This document shows, piece after piece, positions 1 through 13,033 of a DNA stretch of 64,000 bases. Within the stretch, counting starts at the first letter, position 1; every line of letters starts with the position of its first letter. Under the pieces are notes generated by a model. The model saw nothing but the letters and a program-made list of their open reading frames with translations. It had not been told where the DNA came from and made no database searches. The position numbers and the translations under genes were made by a program. The stretch comes from Sedimentisphaerales bacterium (GTDB lineage: Bacteria; Planctomycetota; Phycisphaerae; Sedimentisphaerales; SM23-30), in NCBI GenBank assembly GCA_963663965.2, contig CAXXFK010000024.1:32001-96000 (forward strand). The letters run 5' to 3'.

Positions 1-1
1 C

Positions 2-316
2 AGCGCCCGGGGAAGCTGGCTGGCATCGGACAGTTACGGTTTCAGAATGGCCTATGAGATTCATCTGGAACAAGCAACGATTATCTATGATTGTACCCGT
101 GATCCGGCACTGAAGGTTTATCCCACCGGCCAGGAAGCCTTTGTGCCAGAAATTGCCAAGGGTGATGGGTACAGTCGCGAAATCGAATGGTTTTACCAAT
201 GGATCAACGGTCAATCGGTGGAAATGGTAATTACACCTGAAGCGTCGCTAAAGAGTATCCGTATTATTGAAGCAGAGAAACAATCGGCCCAATCCGGAAC
301 CGCTGTTACGCTCTAA
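2..316 (+). CDS. Gfo/Idh/MocA-family oxidoreductase, C-terminal part (5' end outside window)
   Basis: Frame is open from base 2 (SARGSWLASDSYGFRM...). Tail DGYSREIEWF...ITPEASLKSIRIIEAEKQSAQSGTAVTL fits Gfo/Idh/MocA C-termini. Confidence 0.65.
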   Translation, partial: SARGSWLASDSYGFRMAYEIHLEQATIIYDCTRDPALKVYPTGQEAFVPEIAKGDGYSREIEWFYQWINGQSVEMVITPEASLKSIRIIEAEKQSAQSGTAVTL

Positions 317-333
317 AAGAAAGGATTTGTCTT

Positions 334-1146
334 ATGAGTCAAAGTGGACAATGGCCTGTCAGTGTCTGTACCTGGTCGGTGCAGAACGATTTTGCTACGA
401 TCAACCGCCTGATGGAACGCCTGGGATTCAGGCATGTTCATCTGGATTTGCGTCCAGTCAGCATCGATAACGACCCGGCCTACCTGGACCGGGTAGGACA
501 GCAAGGCTGGCACTACAGCGCGACTATGATCGGTTTTCCCCAGGAAGATTATACGACATTACAAACCATTCAAAAAACGGGTGGGATCGTTCCCGATGAA
601 TGCTGGGAACAGAACAAAGTGATATTCGAGTCAGCCATTAAAGTAACAAGTCAACTGGGAGTCACTTTTCTAAGCAGCCATATCGGCTTTATCGATCATA
701 CCGAGGTGACGAGTTATCAACTGCTGAAAGATCGGTTTCTCGGTTTGGCGGATCTGGCCGGCGAACTGGGTGTCAAACTCCTGCTCGAAACCGGACAGGA
801 AACTGCCCAGGATTTACAACATTTTCTGGAAGACCTGAATCATTCGGCCGTCGGCGTGAATTTCGATCCGGCGAATATGATCCTTTACGGTAAAGGCAAA
901 CCGCTGGAAGCGGTTCGCATACTGGCAAACTGGATCGACCATATTCACATTAAAGACGCCGTTCCCAGCGCTGTGCCGGGCACATGGGGAAGTGAAGTGG
1001 TCTGGGGTGAAGGACAGGCCGGCGGACGTCAATTCTTGCAGACACTGAAAGATCTGAATTATGGCGGCGCCCTGGCGGTGGAACGGGAAGGCGGCGACCA
1101 GCGTGAAGCGGATATTCAAACGGCTATTAAGTTTTTGATGAGTTAA
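334..1146 (+). CDS. Sugar phosphate isomerase/epimerase (xylose-isomerase-like TIM barrel)
   Basis: Metal-ligand motifs LLETGQE, VNFDPAN, HIHIKD and AVERE; AAGGA RBS upstream. Confidence 0.85.
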   Translation: MSQSGQWPVSVCTWSVQNDFATINRLMERLGFRHVHLDLRPVSIDNDPAYLDRVGQQGWHYSATMIGFPQEDYTTLQTIQKTGGIVPDECWEQNKVIFESAIKVTSQLGVTFLSSHIGFIDHTEVTSYQLLKDRFLGLADLAGELGVKLLLETGQETAQDLQHFLEDLNHSAVGVNFDPANMILYGKGKPLEAVRILANWIDHIHIKDAVPSAVPGTWGSEVVWGEGQAGGRQFLQTLKDLNYGGALAVEREGGDQREADIQTAIKFLMS

Positions 1147-1207
1147 TACGAGTGTTCCATAGAATTTATCAGTTATCAAATATCAACCGTTTTTCAGGAG
1201 AATCATT

Positions 1208-2455
1208 ATGACGGCATCTATATCGATGAATGTGCGGATTCGCTTGAGTCTGATGATGTTCATGCAATATCTCTATTTTGCGGTGTTTTTTGTGCCGCTG
1301 GCGGCTTACATCGGGAATATTGGCGTTGAAGGGGCCTTGTTGGCCACCATTATGAGTTCTATGCCCCTTGGCAGCCTGATGTCACCGATTATCTGCATGA
1401 TCGCGGACCGACATTTCGCCAGTCAAAAGGTTCTGGCGGTTTTAAATGTCATTTGCGCCATTCTGTTATTTGTTGCGGCAAAAACAACTGCGCCTGTCGG
1501 GCTTTTTATCGTTTTACTCATCGCCATGTTCTGCTATATGCCAACCTGGAGTCTGACCAATGCAATTGCACTGGCCCACTATCCGCCGGAAAAATTTCCT
1601 CAGATTCGTTCTCTGGGATCTATTGGCTGGGTCTCTTCAGGTCTTTTTGGTCTTATCGCCCTGAAAATTTTTAACACCACCATTGATGGCACAGCCATCC
1701 CATTGATCTGTGGTGCGGTCACCGCTCTGGTTGCAGCCGTATTGAATTTAACCTTACCCCATACTCCCCCTCCGGCCAAAGGCCAGAAAGCATCCTGGAT
1801 CGACGCTTTGGGTCTACCAGCACTAAAACTCATGAAGGATCGTGATTTCTGCATTTTTATGATTTTATCCATGTTGATGATGACCCCGTTTGTGACCTAT
1901 TTTTCGTTTGGCTCTGCCTTTTTCCAGGACAAGGGATTCAAGCTCGTTACCGTGACCATGAACTGGGGACAGTTGGTTGAAATGTTCCTGATGCTGCTGG
2001 TACCGCTTGCCCTGGCAAAATTCGGCATCAAATGGACGATGGTACTGGGATTGGCCGGTATGGTTTTGCGTTATCTGGCCTTTTGGGGAGGCAGTGTTAA
2101 CGATTTAACGCTTTTGTATTATGTCGCCATCTTCACTCATGGCTTGATTTTTGGATTCTTTATTGTGGGCGGCCAGGTTTATATTGACAAAAAGGCGCCC
2201 AAGGAAATGCGAGCGCAAGCCCAGGGCCTGATGGGCCTGCTCTGCTTCGGAGTCGGCTGGCTGGCGGGTAATTATATCAACGGATTCCTGCTCAAACACT
2301 ACAAGGTTATCGATGACGCCGGCGTGGCCGTCACCGACTGGCAAACGATCTGGAAGATTATTACATTTGCCTCTATCATTCTGATGATCGCTTTTGCGGT
2401 CCTGTTCCGAGGCGTTTCAACTGAAACCAAAGCCGAAGCAACGGCTACTGCTTGA
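1208..2455 (+). CDS. MFS transporter, nucleoside:H+ symporter (NupG/YegT-like) family
   Basis: About 12 hydrophobic segments; RLSLMMFMQY, IADRHF, FPQIRSLGSIGW, GQVYIDKKAPKEMRAQAQGL; AGGAG RBS. Confidence 0.85.
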   Translation: MTASISMNVRIRLSLMMFMQYLYFAVFFVPLAAYIGNIGVEGALLATIMSSMPLGSLMSPIICMIADRHFASQKVLAVLNVICAILLFVAAKTTAPVGLFIVLLIAMFCYMPTWSLTNAIALAHYPPEKFPQIRSLGSIGWVSSGLFGLIALKIFNTTIDGTAIPLICGAVTALVAAVLNLTLPHTPPPAKGQKASWIDALGLPALKLMKDRDFCIFMILSMLMMTPFVTYFSFGSAFFQDKGFKLVTVTMNWGQLVEMFLMLLVPLALAKFGIKWTMVLGLAGMVLRYLAFWGGSVNDLTLLYYVAIFTHGLIFGFFIVGGQVYIDKKAPKEMRAQAQGLMGLLCFGVGWLAGNYINGFLLKHYKVIDDAGVAVTDWQTIWKIITFASIILMIAFAVLFRGVSTETKAEATATA

Positions 2456-2482
2456 TACTAACCAAATTTATCATCATATAAG

Positions 2483-2515
2483 AGACCGGCAGAATCCTTC
2501 TGCGGGTCTTTTTTT
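2483..2515 (+). terminator. Rho-independent terminator after the MFS gene
   Basis: AGACCGGCAGAA / TTCTGCGGGTCT stem (one mismatch) followed by a T-run. Confidence 0.8.
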
Positions 2516-2615
2516 ATTGGTTATTTTAATCGTATAATTTTTAAGCATCAGGTAAACATATATCAGTATTGAGTTATATCAAGGATTCAAACCATCTGGT
2601 TATGTAACCAAACAT

Positions 2616-2653
2616 AAAGGGCGTCCCTAAGCTAATGTTAGAGGCGCCCTTTT
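2616..2653 (-). terminator. Rho-independent terminator after the GH2 beta-galactosidase
   Basis: Inverted repeat AAAGGGCGTCCCTAA...TTAGAGGCGCCCTTTT just past the stop at 2680. Confidence 0.7.
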
Positions 2654-2679
2654 CATGTCTATTTAGCAAGGTATAATTA

Positions 2680-6655
<3,976 letters not shown>

Positions 6656-6779
6656 CTAAAACAAACTAAAGAAATAAGATTCGCTTATTAGAGCAAGAAT
6701 CTCAGTTTGAGTCAAGGCCCGATCAAAAGTTTTATTTCATTCTAACTCTCTCATGGATGTACGACTGAGGAATAATAAC

Positions 6780-6812
6780 ATAAGGGAGCTTCAACCAGTG
6801 AAGCTCCCTTAT
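6780..6812 (-). terminator. Terminator-like hairpin after the first LamG gene pair
   Basis: Perfect 14-bp stem ATAAGGGAGCTTCA / TGAAGCTCCCTTAT with a 5-nt loop. Confidence 0.75.
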
Positions 6813-6836
6813 TTATATAATAAAACACTCTATACT

Positions 6837-8810
6837 TTACGGATAACAGGTCGGAACCAGGTTACAATCCATCCAGGATTCAATCAACATGGCAAAATCG
6901 ACCAAATTAACGATACAATCTTCATTCAAATCGTAATCCAAACCGGTCACACTATCCACACACATTGAGGTTCCTGTGATATCGGTAAAAAGATGGGCCA
7001 CTTCATATTTATCCAGAGGATAGTTCCAAACCTGGACTTCGTCAAGCAGGCCACGGAAATTGTTGCCCGGGTTGCTGTCGGTACCGCCGATACGAATGGT
7101 ACCGCTACTGCCGCCCAGGAACGATCCGGAACTCTGGCTGGCCAATACTCCATCGCGATACAGCTTCAGTTCATCGGAAACCGCATCATAAGTATAAGTA
7201 TAAAGCTGCCATTTTCCGGTATCGGTCCGTCCGGAAGTTTCAATTTTAACATTGGGCAAATTGAAAACTAAACCACCGCCATATGTTACTTGCTTATCTG
7301 CAAGAGACCAGCCGTTACTTCCATGCTTGCGGATAATGCTATACCAGCCGCCTGTGTTAACATGGGCATCAGGATTGACCCAGAGCGAAACGGTCAGGCC
7401 GGCATCATAGAAGTTGAAGAACGATTCAGAACCGGGGATATCGACGAATGATCCATCGCCGGTAACCTGAATAGCCTGGCCGGAAATGCCTTCGGCAAAT
7501 ACCGGCTCGGGCGTAATCTCATCCAGATCATTGGGATCGGTATAAACACCATCCCATTCAGCAATGGAATCGGTCAGATCGTTTTCAAAACCCCATAGCG
7601 CTATCTGACGGGCCACCCTAACACCAACGGAATTGGTGGTGACTGAGGCCCCTTCACTATTTTCTGCTACGCAATAATAAAAGCCTTCTTTGGCCATATC
7701 CATATTCTCAATGGCCAGCGTCGCTTCGGTACCCACTACGGTTTCGGTTTCGGCCGCATTATACCACTTCCAATCTACCGCGTTGTAAATCAGGGTAGAT
7801 AACGTGGCGGTTTCGCCTTCAAACGAAACGGTGGGAAACGGTTGTACTTTGACATAGGGTTCCGCTCCAACCGTGGTAAAACTCCAGGGGTTGCCGGGAA
7901 TTACGGTAGCACCGTCACGGACATCGACGCGCCAGTAATACAGGGTGTTATAATCCAGCGTGGTTGTCGCGACGGAAAGCGTATCAATATTGGAGGCGGT
8001 AAAAACCGGAGTGAGAATATTGGGATCCGTTCCGACTGATACATCGTAACCGGTAGGAGTCACCAGATAAGGCGAATTCCATTGCAGGGTCGGCTCGATA
8101 GATACTGGGGTTTCGCCATCGGCCGGCGCTACAATCGTCGCATTGGATGGCCACGATACCTTCACAACGTCTTCAGGGGTCAGGGCGTGATTAAAGACCA
8201 TGAATTCATCAATCAAGCCATCATAATATGTGTTATTATCGCGGATATCGGCACCCATGCCAAACTGAATGGCGCTGTTGAGAATCTTAACGCCGCCGGA
8301 GCCGCTGCCGACAAACTGGCCATCGACATAAATTTTGCCAACGCCGGCCTCGGCGGTGACCAACAGATGATGCCACTGGCCGTCATTGAAGCCTGATCCG
8401 GCGCTGAATTTAAATCCATCACCATCCCGCCAAGTCCAGATAGCAATTTTGCCGGCATCGAGCCGAACCTGGAACTGGCCGTTGTAACCGCCATTACGCT
8501 GCTGAACCAGAACGCCATTGCCGTTGAGGGTGGAATTGAACCACAACGAAACCGAATAGCTCGAACCACTCAGGGACATTTCCGTTGGAAACTTGACCAT
8601 TCCCGAAGAGCCGTCAAATTTCAGGGCCTTGCCGGAAATGCCATCAGCCCACGTTACTCCGCCGGTGGTTACGGCAGTAAACTCATTGATGGTGGAATCG
8701 GTCAGATTGGCGCCGGTTCCTTCATCCAGTTTCCAGTAACTGACCAGGTCGGCCTGCGCCATACTAATAAATACTAAGATAAAGAGTAAGGATAAAATTG
8801 TCTTTTTCAT
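6837..8810 (-). CDS. Secreted LamG-like jellyroll protein (LamG - Ig-like x2 - LamG - dockerin-like tail)
   Basis: Start reassigned to MKKTILSLL (AGGAGA RBS, signal peptide ending AQA). LVSYWKLDEG, WHHL and GLIDEF LamG motifs; YYWRVD Ig-like motif; DLNEDCIVNLVDF tail. Confidence 0.8.
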   Translation of the reverse strand: MKKTILSLLFILVFISMAQADLVSYWKLDEGTGANLTDSTINEFTAVTTGGVTWADGISGKALKFDGSSGMVKFPTEMSLSGSSYSVSLWFNSTLNGNGVLVQQRNGGYNGQFQVRLDAGKIAIWTWRDGDGFKFSAGSGFNDGQWHHLLVTAEAGVGKIYVDGQFVGSGSGGVKILNSAIQFGMGADIRDNNTYYDGLIDEFMVFNHALTPEDVVKVSWPSNATIVAPADGETPVSIEPTLQWNSPYLVTPTGYDVSVGTDPNILTPVFTASNIDTLSVATTTLDYNTLYYWRVDVRDGATVIPGNPWSFTTVGAEPYVKVQPFPTVSFEGETATLSTLIYNAVDWKWYNAAETETVVGTEATLAIENMDMAKEGFYYCVAENSEGASVTTNSVGVRVARQIALWGFENDLTDSIAEWDGVYTDPNDLDEITPEPVFAEGISGQAIQVTGDGSFVDIPGSESFFNFYDAGLTVSLWVNPDAHVNTGGWYSIIRKHGSNGWSLADKQVTYGGGLVFNLPNVKIETSGRTDTGKWQLYTYTYDAVSDELKLYRDGVLASQSSGSFLGGSSGTIRIGGTDSNPGNNFRGLLDEVQVWNYPLDKYEVAHLFTDITGTSMCVDSVTGLDYDLNEDCIVNLVDFAMLIESWMDCNLVPTCYP

Positions 8811-8860
8811 AATAGTTTCTCCTATATTAAGCAGTTCAGTATGCCTGAGCTGACCATGGG

Positions 8861-10966
8861 TTATCGACAATCCGGAACGATATTGCAATTCATCCAGCTA
8901 CTAATCAGTAACGATAGATCTTCAACATCGACTTTGCAGTCCTGATTCAGGTCGAAAGCAACCGCTTCGACACAAATCACTTCATCCGTCGCGACTTCTG
9001 TATAAAGCGCAGCCGCTTCATAAGCATTCAGGGCATAATTGAAGAAGCGAATATCATCAACTGCACCGGTATACTTCTGGCCACCACCACGGACATCGCC
9101 GACATAGAAGACCGTATCGAATCCATTGTAACTGACACCGGCTCCACCGGAGACATCCACTCCATTGAGGTACCATCTCCATGATTTTGTTTCGCCATTG
9201 AAGGAGACTACCACATGCTGCCATTCTTCGCGCGGAGCGTTACCCACCGGATAGCTATAGGAGCCATGGACACCATGAGCATACTGGTCAGCACCATGGC
9301 GGTTCAGTTCAAGATTTTCATAACCGGCATCTGCGCCTGACGCGATAAAAGATTGCCATTCCCCTTCGGTGGCGGAAGCCTTTTCCCACAAGCTCAAAGT
9401 CCAGCTAAATGAGGTATAGGCATCGGTAGGTAACGTTATCGGACTGGAAAAGGAAGTCAAATTAAGCGCCTGTCCCAGCACACCTTCAACATAATTGGGC
9501 TCGGACCCGACGGGGGTTCCGTCGAAACCTGCCACACTGTCTGTTAAATCGCCATCGAATTTCCAATTGCATAACATGCGTTCGGTATTCAACCATGCGA
9601 CATCAGACGTTGCCGAAGCGCCAGTAGCACCAATCACGGCCTCAAAATAGTAAGATCCTTCATTTTCAATGGCAACATTTTCAATCGTCAGCACTTTTCC
9701 ACTACCCAGCGCTTCATCGTCTCCAACGGGATTGACTTTGAACCAGTTGTATTGGATATCGGTTTCATCGCCGGTAGAAGGATTGGTGGCATTGGCGGTA
9801 AATTCAGCCATTTCGCCTGCTGCAACCAACAGATCGAACGGAGTAGCTGCATCGATTACGGGTAATTCCGGGGCTGTGGTGAATGACCATACAGGCCCCC
9901 GATACTCAAACGGATTGCCATCATTGGGATCGACAGAGCCAATCTGCCAATAGTAGGTGGTATAGAAATCCAGATTATTCGTTGGATCAAAGGCCGTATC
10001 CGTCAGGGTTCCATCGGTAAACAGGTTGATATTATTGGGGTCGGTACTCAGATAAAGATTATATTGACTTGGGGCATATCCGGTCGGTGCGGTCCAACTC
10101 AGATTGGTATTGACTGGAACATCAACCGCATCGTTGGCTGGATCAGGATCTGAAACCGTTGTGGCATCGACAATCTGGAAACCGGCGATACCGGCGCTGG
10201 CCTGGCAACTGATAATAATCTGCATGGTCGGATCGCTCAGTCCCTCAAAAATGGCCACGTTAGCATACTGGGAATAATCGCCTTCAGTCGTTACCGAGGC
10301 AATATGCCAGATAGATTCATCTTCGTCCAGATGCGCTTTGTACATACGGGTTTTCATGGAAATATAATCAGTCTGCCCATTGTAAGTTATGGTTTGTAGA
10401 GGTACCTGGTTAGCGCCATCATTCCATCCATCACCCAGCCATTCAGTTTGATAATAATAAGTGGTCCCACCTGCCGTAATACTGGCATTGCGGCTATGGG
10501 CGTCATTGGTCAAATAAACAATCATATTATACCGTTTAAAAGGGATATTGTTAACGCTAACCAACGGACGATTTTCTGATCCGCTATTACAACCGATATT
10601 GCTGTAATTAACCCTGATTGTATTTTTTTCCCAGTCAGTCAACAACCCCTCAGTACCGCTATCGATATTCAGATACACATTATAATACTCATAATCCCGA
10701 TTAACGGTGAAGTTCACACTCGTGGGATTATTTAACGAGTCCACCAAGCTGCCATAGGTGGTGCCATTTTCCGCTCTGAGAACCTGATTCCAGTAGGCCA
10801 CGGGGACATAACCGGCAACTTGCGATTCCGGCGTCCTCAGGTTATCATGATAATCCCAACCAGCATCATAGTGTCTGAAACTCACACTGATACAGTTTTG
10901 TTGTGCCTGGATAATTCCAGTCAAGGTCAACAAAAACGCAAAAAGCCAAACTACAGACCTTTTCAT
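8861..10966 (-). CDS. Secreted protein: unknown N-terminal beta-rich domain - Ig-like x2 - LamG - dockerin-like tail
   Basis: Signal peptide; AGGAG RBS; YYWQIG and GPVWSFTT; WQHVVVSF...GAVDDIRFFNYAL; DLNQDCKVDVEDL tail. Confidence 0.8.
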   Translation of the reverse strand: MKRSVVWLFAFLLTLTGIIQAQQNCISVSFRHYDAGWDYHDNLRTPESQVAGYVPVAYWNQVLRAENGTTYGSLVDSLNNPTSVNFTVNRDYEYYNVYLNIDSGTEGLLTDWEKNTIRVNYSNIGCNSGSENRPLVSVNNIPFKRYNMIVYLTNDAHSRNASITAGGTTYYYQTEWLGDGWNDGANQVPLQTITYNGQTDYISMKTRMYKAHLDEDESIWHIASVTTEGDYSQYANVAIFEGLSDPTMQIIISCQASAGIAGFQIVDATTVSDPDPANDAVDVPVNTNLSWTAPTGYAPSQYNLYLSTDPNNINLFTDGTLTDTAFDPTNNLDFYTTYYWQIGSVDPNDGNPFEYRGPVWSFTTAPELPVIDAATPFDLLVAAGEMAEFTANATNPSTGDETDIQYNWFKVNPVGDDEALGSGKVLTIENVAIENEGSYYFEAVIGATGASATSDVAWLNTERMLCNWKFDGDLTDSVAGFDGTPVGSEPNYVEGVLGQALNLTSFSSPITLPTDAYTSFSWTLSLWEKASATEGEWQSFIASGADAGYENLELNRHGADQYAHGVHGSYSYPVGNAPREEWQHVVVSFNGETKSWRWYLNGVDVSGGAGVSYNGFDTVFYVGDVRGGGQKYTGAVDDIRFFNYALNAYEAAALYTEVATDEVICVEAVAFDLNQDCKVDVEDLSLLISSWMNCNIVPDCR

Positions 10967-11780
10967 AGTTCTACTCCTATCTTCAAGGGATGATATAGAT
11001 TATTTCCGACTACATTGCCGAAATAACGATAGTTGAAATAAGACCCGACACTGGTTTCGACATCTCTTCTCTTCAAATCAATTTTTTGATTCAATATAGT
11101 AAATTTCTCTATTCTCAATATCACTCTGCGTACTTTACTCAAACAATATAAAAGCTTATTTATTCACATCAGTTGCCGCCAAATTGTTATTATCAACAAC
11201 TTATGAATCTTTTGACATTATGAACGATCATCAACTATATACATAGCTGCCCCTTTATTTGACACACATATGCTATTAAGCATTTTATCTTTCTATCGTC
11301 AAAAAACAAATAGAGGAAAGTATGATAATGATGGAAAAAAGTAATAACCAACCAATAACTTTCTAGAATCTGGCTTGCCCATTAAATCTTATGCTGAAAA
11401 CAAGATATTCTTTAACAATTCTCTAATACTTGTTTTACAGGCAGGTAAAAATCCCAATTTTCTATCGAGACTTATAAAGTCTCTAAATAGTTACTGTTAC
11501 AGCATTGCATGGAAGATTGCCTGGTAATATACTATCATTCAGGAATCAACATAAAACCAAAGTCACCACGAAATATATCCGCACCTAAAAAAGGTTTATC
11601 AATCAACCACTTATTGGTTACTATTCATTAAAAAATTATATATTGAGGATTTTTTGTACGCTAAATATTTTAAAGTCCAGATAATATCTGACCAAAGAAA
11701 CTTCACATAAGATTGTATCGATCATCAAAAATGTATATTCGTATTGACCTATGTTTCACCAGGCTAATTGAATAAATTAC

Positions 11781-12968
11781 TTAAATCAATTCAAATTCGG
11801 TCGCTGTTTTGGAAAAAGCTTCGACAGCCAAGTCGAGTTCTTCACGATTATGAGCGGCAGAAATCTGGGTACGAATACGGGCTTTGCCTTGAGGCACAAC
11901 CGGATAATAGAAACCGATCACATAAATATTCTGTTCCAATAACTTTTCCGCCATTTTCTGAGCCAGGCCGGCATCACCCAACATAACCGGTGTGATGGGA
12001 TGGTCGCCGGGCAGGACCTGTAAGCCGGACCGGGAAATTCGATCACGGAAATAGGCGGTGTTTTCGTGTAAACGCTCAACTCTCTCGTTACTGGATTGTA
12101 ACATTTCCAAGGCTTTCAAGGAAGCACACACAATGGCCGGGGCCAGGGTATTGGAAAAGAGATAAGGCCGGCTGCGCTGGCGCAAGAGTTCGATGATCTC
12201 TTTGCGGCCCGAAGTAAAGCCGCCGGAAGCGCCGCCCAGGGCCTTGCCAAAAGTACCGGTGATGATATCCACCTGGCCAATCACATTGCGATATTCGGAG
12301 GTGCCCCGCCCAGTCCGGCCGATCACGCCGGTGGCATGGCAATCATCAATCATGGTCAGGGCACCGTACCGGCGGGCCAGATCGCAGATTTCATCCAAAC
12401 GGGCGATCGAGCCATCCATGGAAAACGCACCATCGGTTGCAATCAGCCGATGGCGGGCCGATTGGGATTCTTTAAGTTTGCTTTCCAGATCCTGCATATC
12501 ATTATTTTTGTAACGGAACCGCTGCGCTTTACAGAGCCGGATGCCGTCGATGATGCTGGCATGATTGAGTTCATCACTGATAATGGCATCTTCGGGACCG
12601 AGCAGGGTTTCAAACAGGCCGCCATTGGCATCAAAACAGGAACTATAGAGGATGGTGTCTTCAGTACCAAGAAATTCGGCTACTTTGCTTTCGAGTTGTT
12701 TATGTATCACCTGAGTACCACAGATAAAACGGACCGAGGAGAGACCATATCCCCATTGTTCGTAGCTGGCGCGAGCAGCCTGAATGATATCGGGATGATT
12801 GGCCAGACCCAGATAATTATTGGCACACAAATTGATTACTTTACGACCACCGCTGACCTCGATCCAACTGGACTGGCTGGAGGTGATGACTCGTTCAGAT
12901 TTATAGAGACCGGCATTGCAAATCTCTTCAAGTTGGTCGCTGATCCAGTTTTTAAAGGTATCATTCAT
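11781..12968 (-). CDS. kbl: Glycine C-acetyltransferase (2-amino-3-ketobutyrate CoA ligase)
   Basis: [47 protein letters not shown] (PLP lysine), [15 protein letters not shown]. Confidence 0.95.
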   Translation of the reverse strand: MNDTFKNWISDQLEEICNAGLYKSERVITSSQSSWIEVSGGRKVINLCANNYLGLANHPDIIQAARASYEQWGYGLSSVRFICGTQVIHKQLESKVAEFLGTEDTILYSSCFDANGGLFETLLGPEDAIISDELNHASIIDGIRLCKAQRFRYKNNDMQDLESKLKESQSARHRLIATDGAFSMDGSIARLDEICDLARRYGALTMIDDCHATGVIGRTGRGTSEYRNVIGQVDIITGTFGKALGGASGGFTSGRKEIIELLRQRSRPYLFSNTLAPAIVCASLKALEMLQSSNERVERLHENTAYFRDRISRSGLQVLPGDHPITPVMLGDAGLAQKMAEKLLEQNIYVIGFYYPVVPQGKARIRTQISAAHNREELDLAVEAFSKTATEFELI

Positions 12969-13033
12969 TGCAGTATTTCCAAAGTAATTTGTAAGCGTAA
13001 TGGCAATTCATATCAGGAAGGTATTATATTCCA

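Noticed and set aside
8811..8888. Longer ORF-track starts (also 18116, 21868, 27530, 28911, 30925, 32738, 34328, 34858, 36221, 48006)
   Set aside because: They overlap upstream genes or terminators, or bury signal peptides. Downstream ATGs with an RBS or stop-start coupling fit better.
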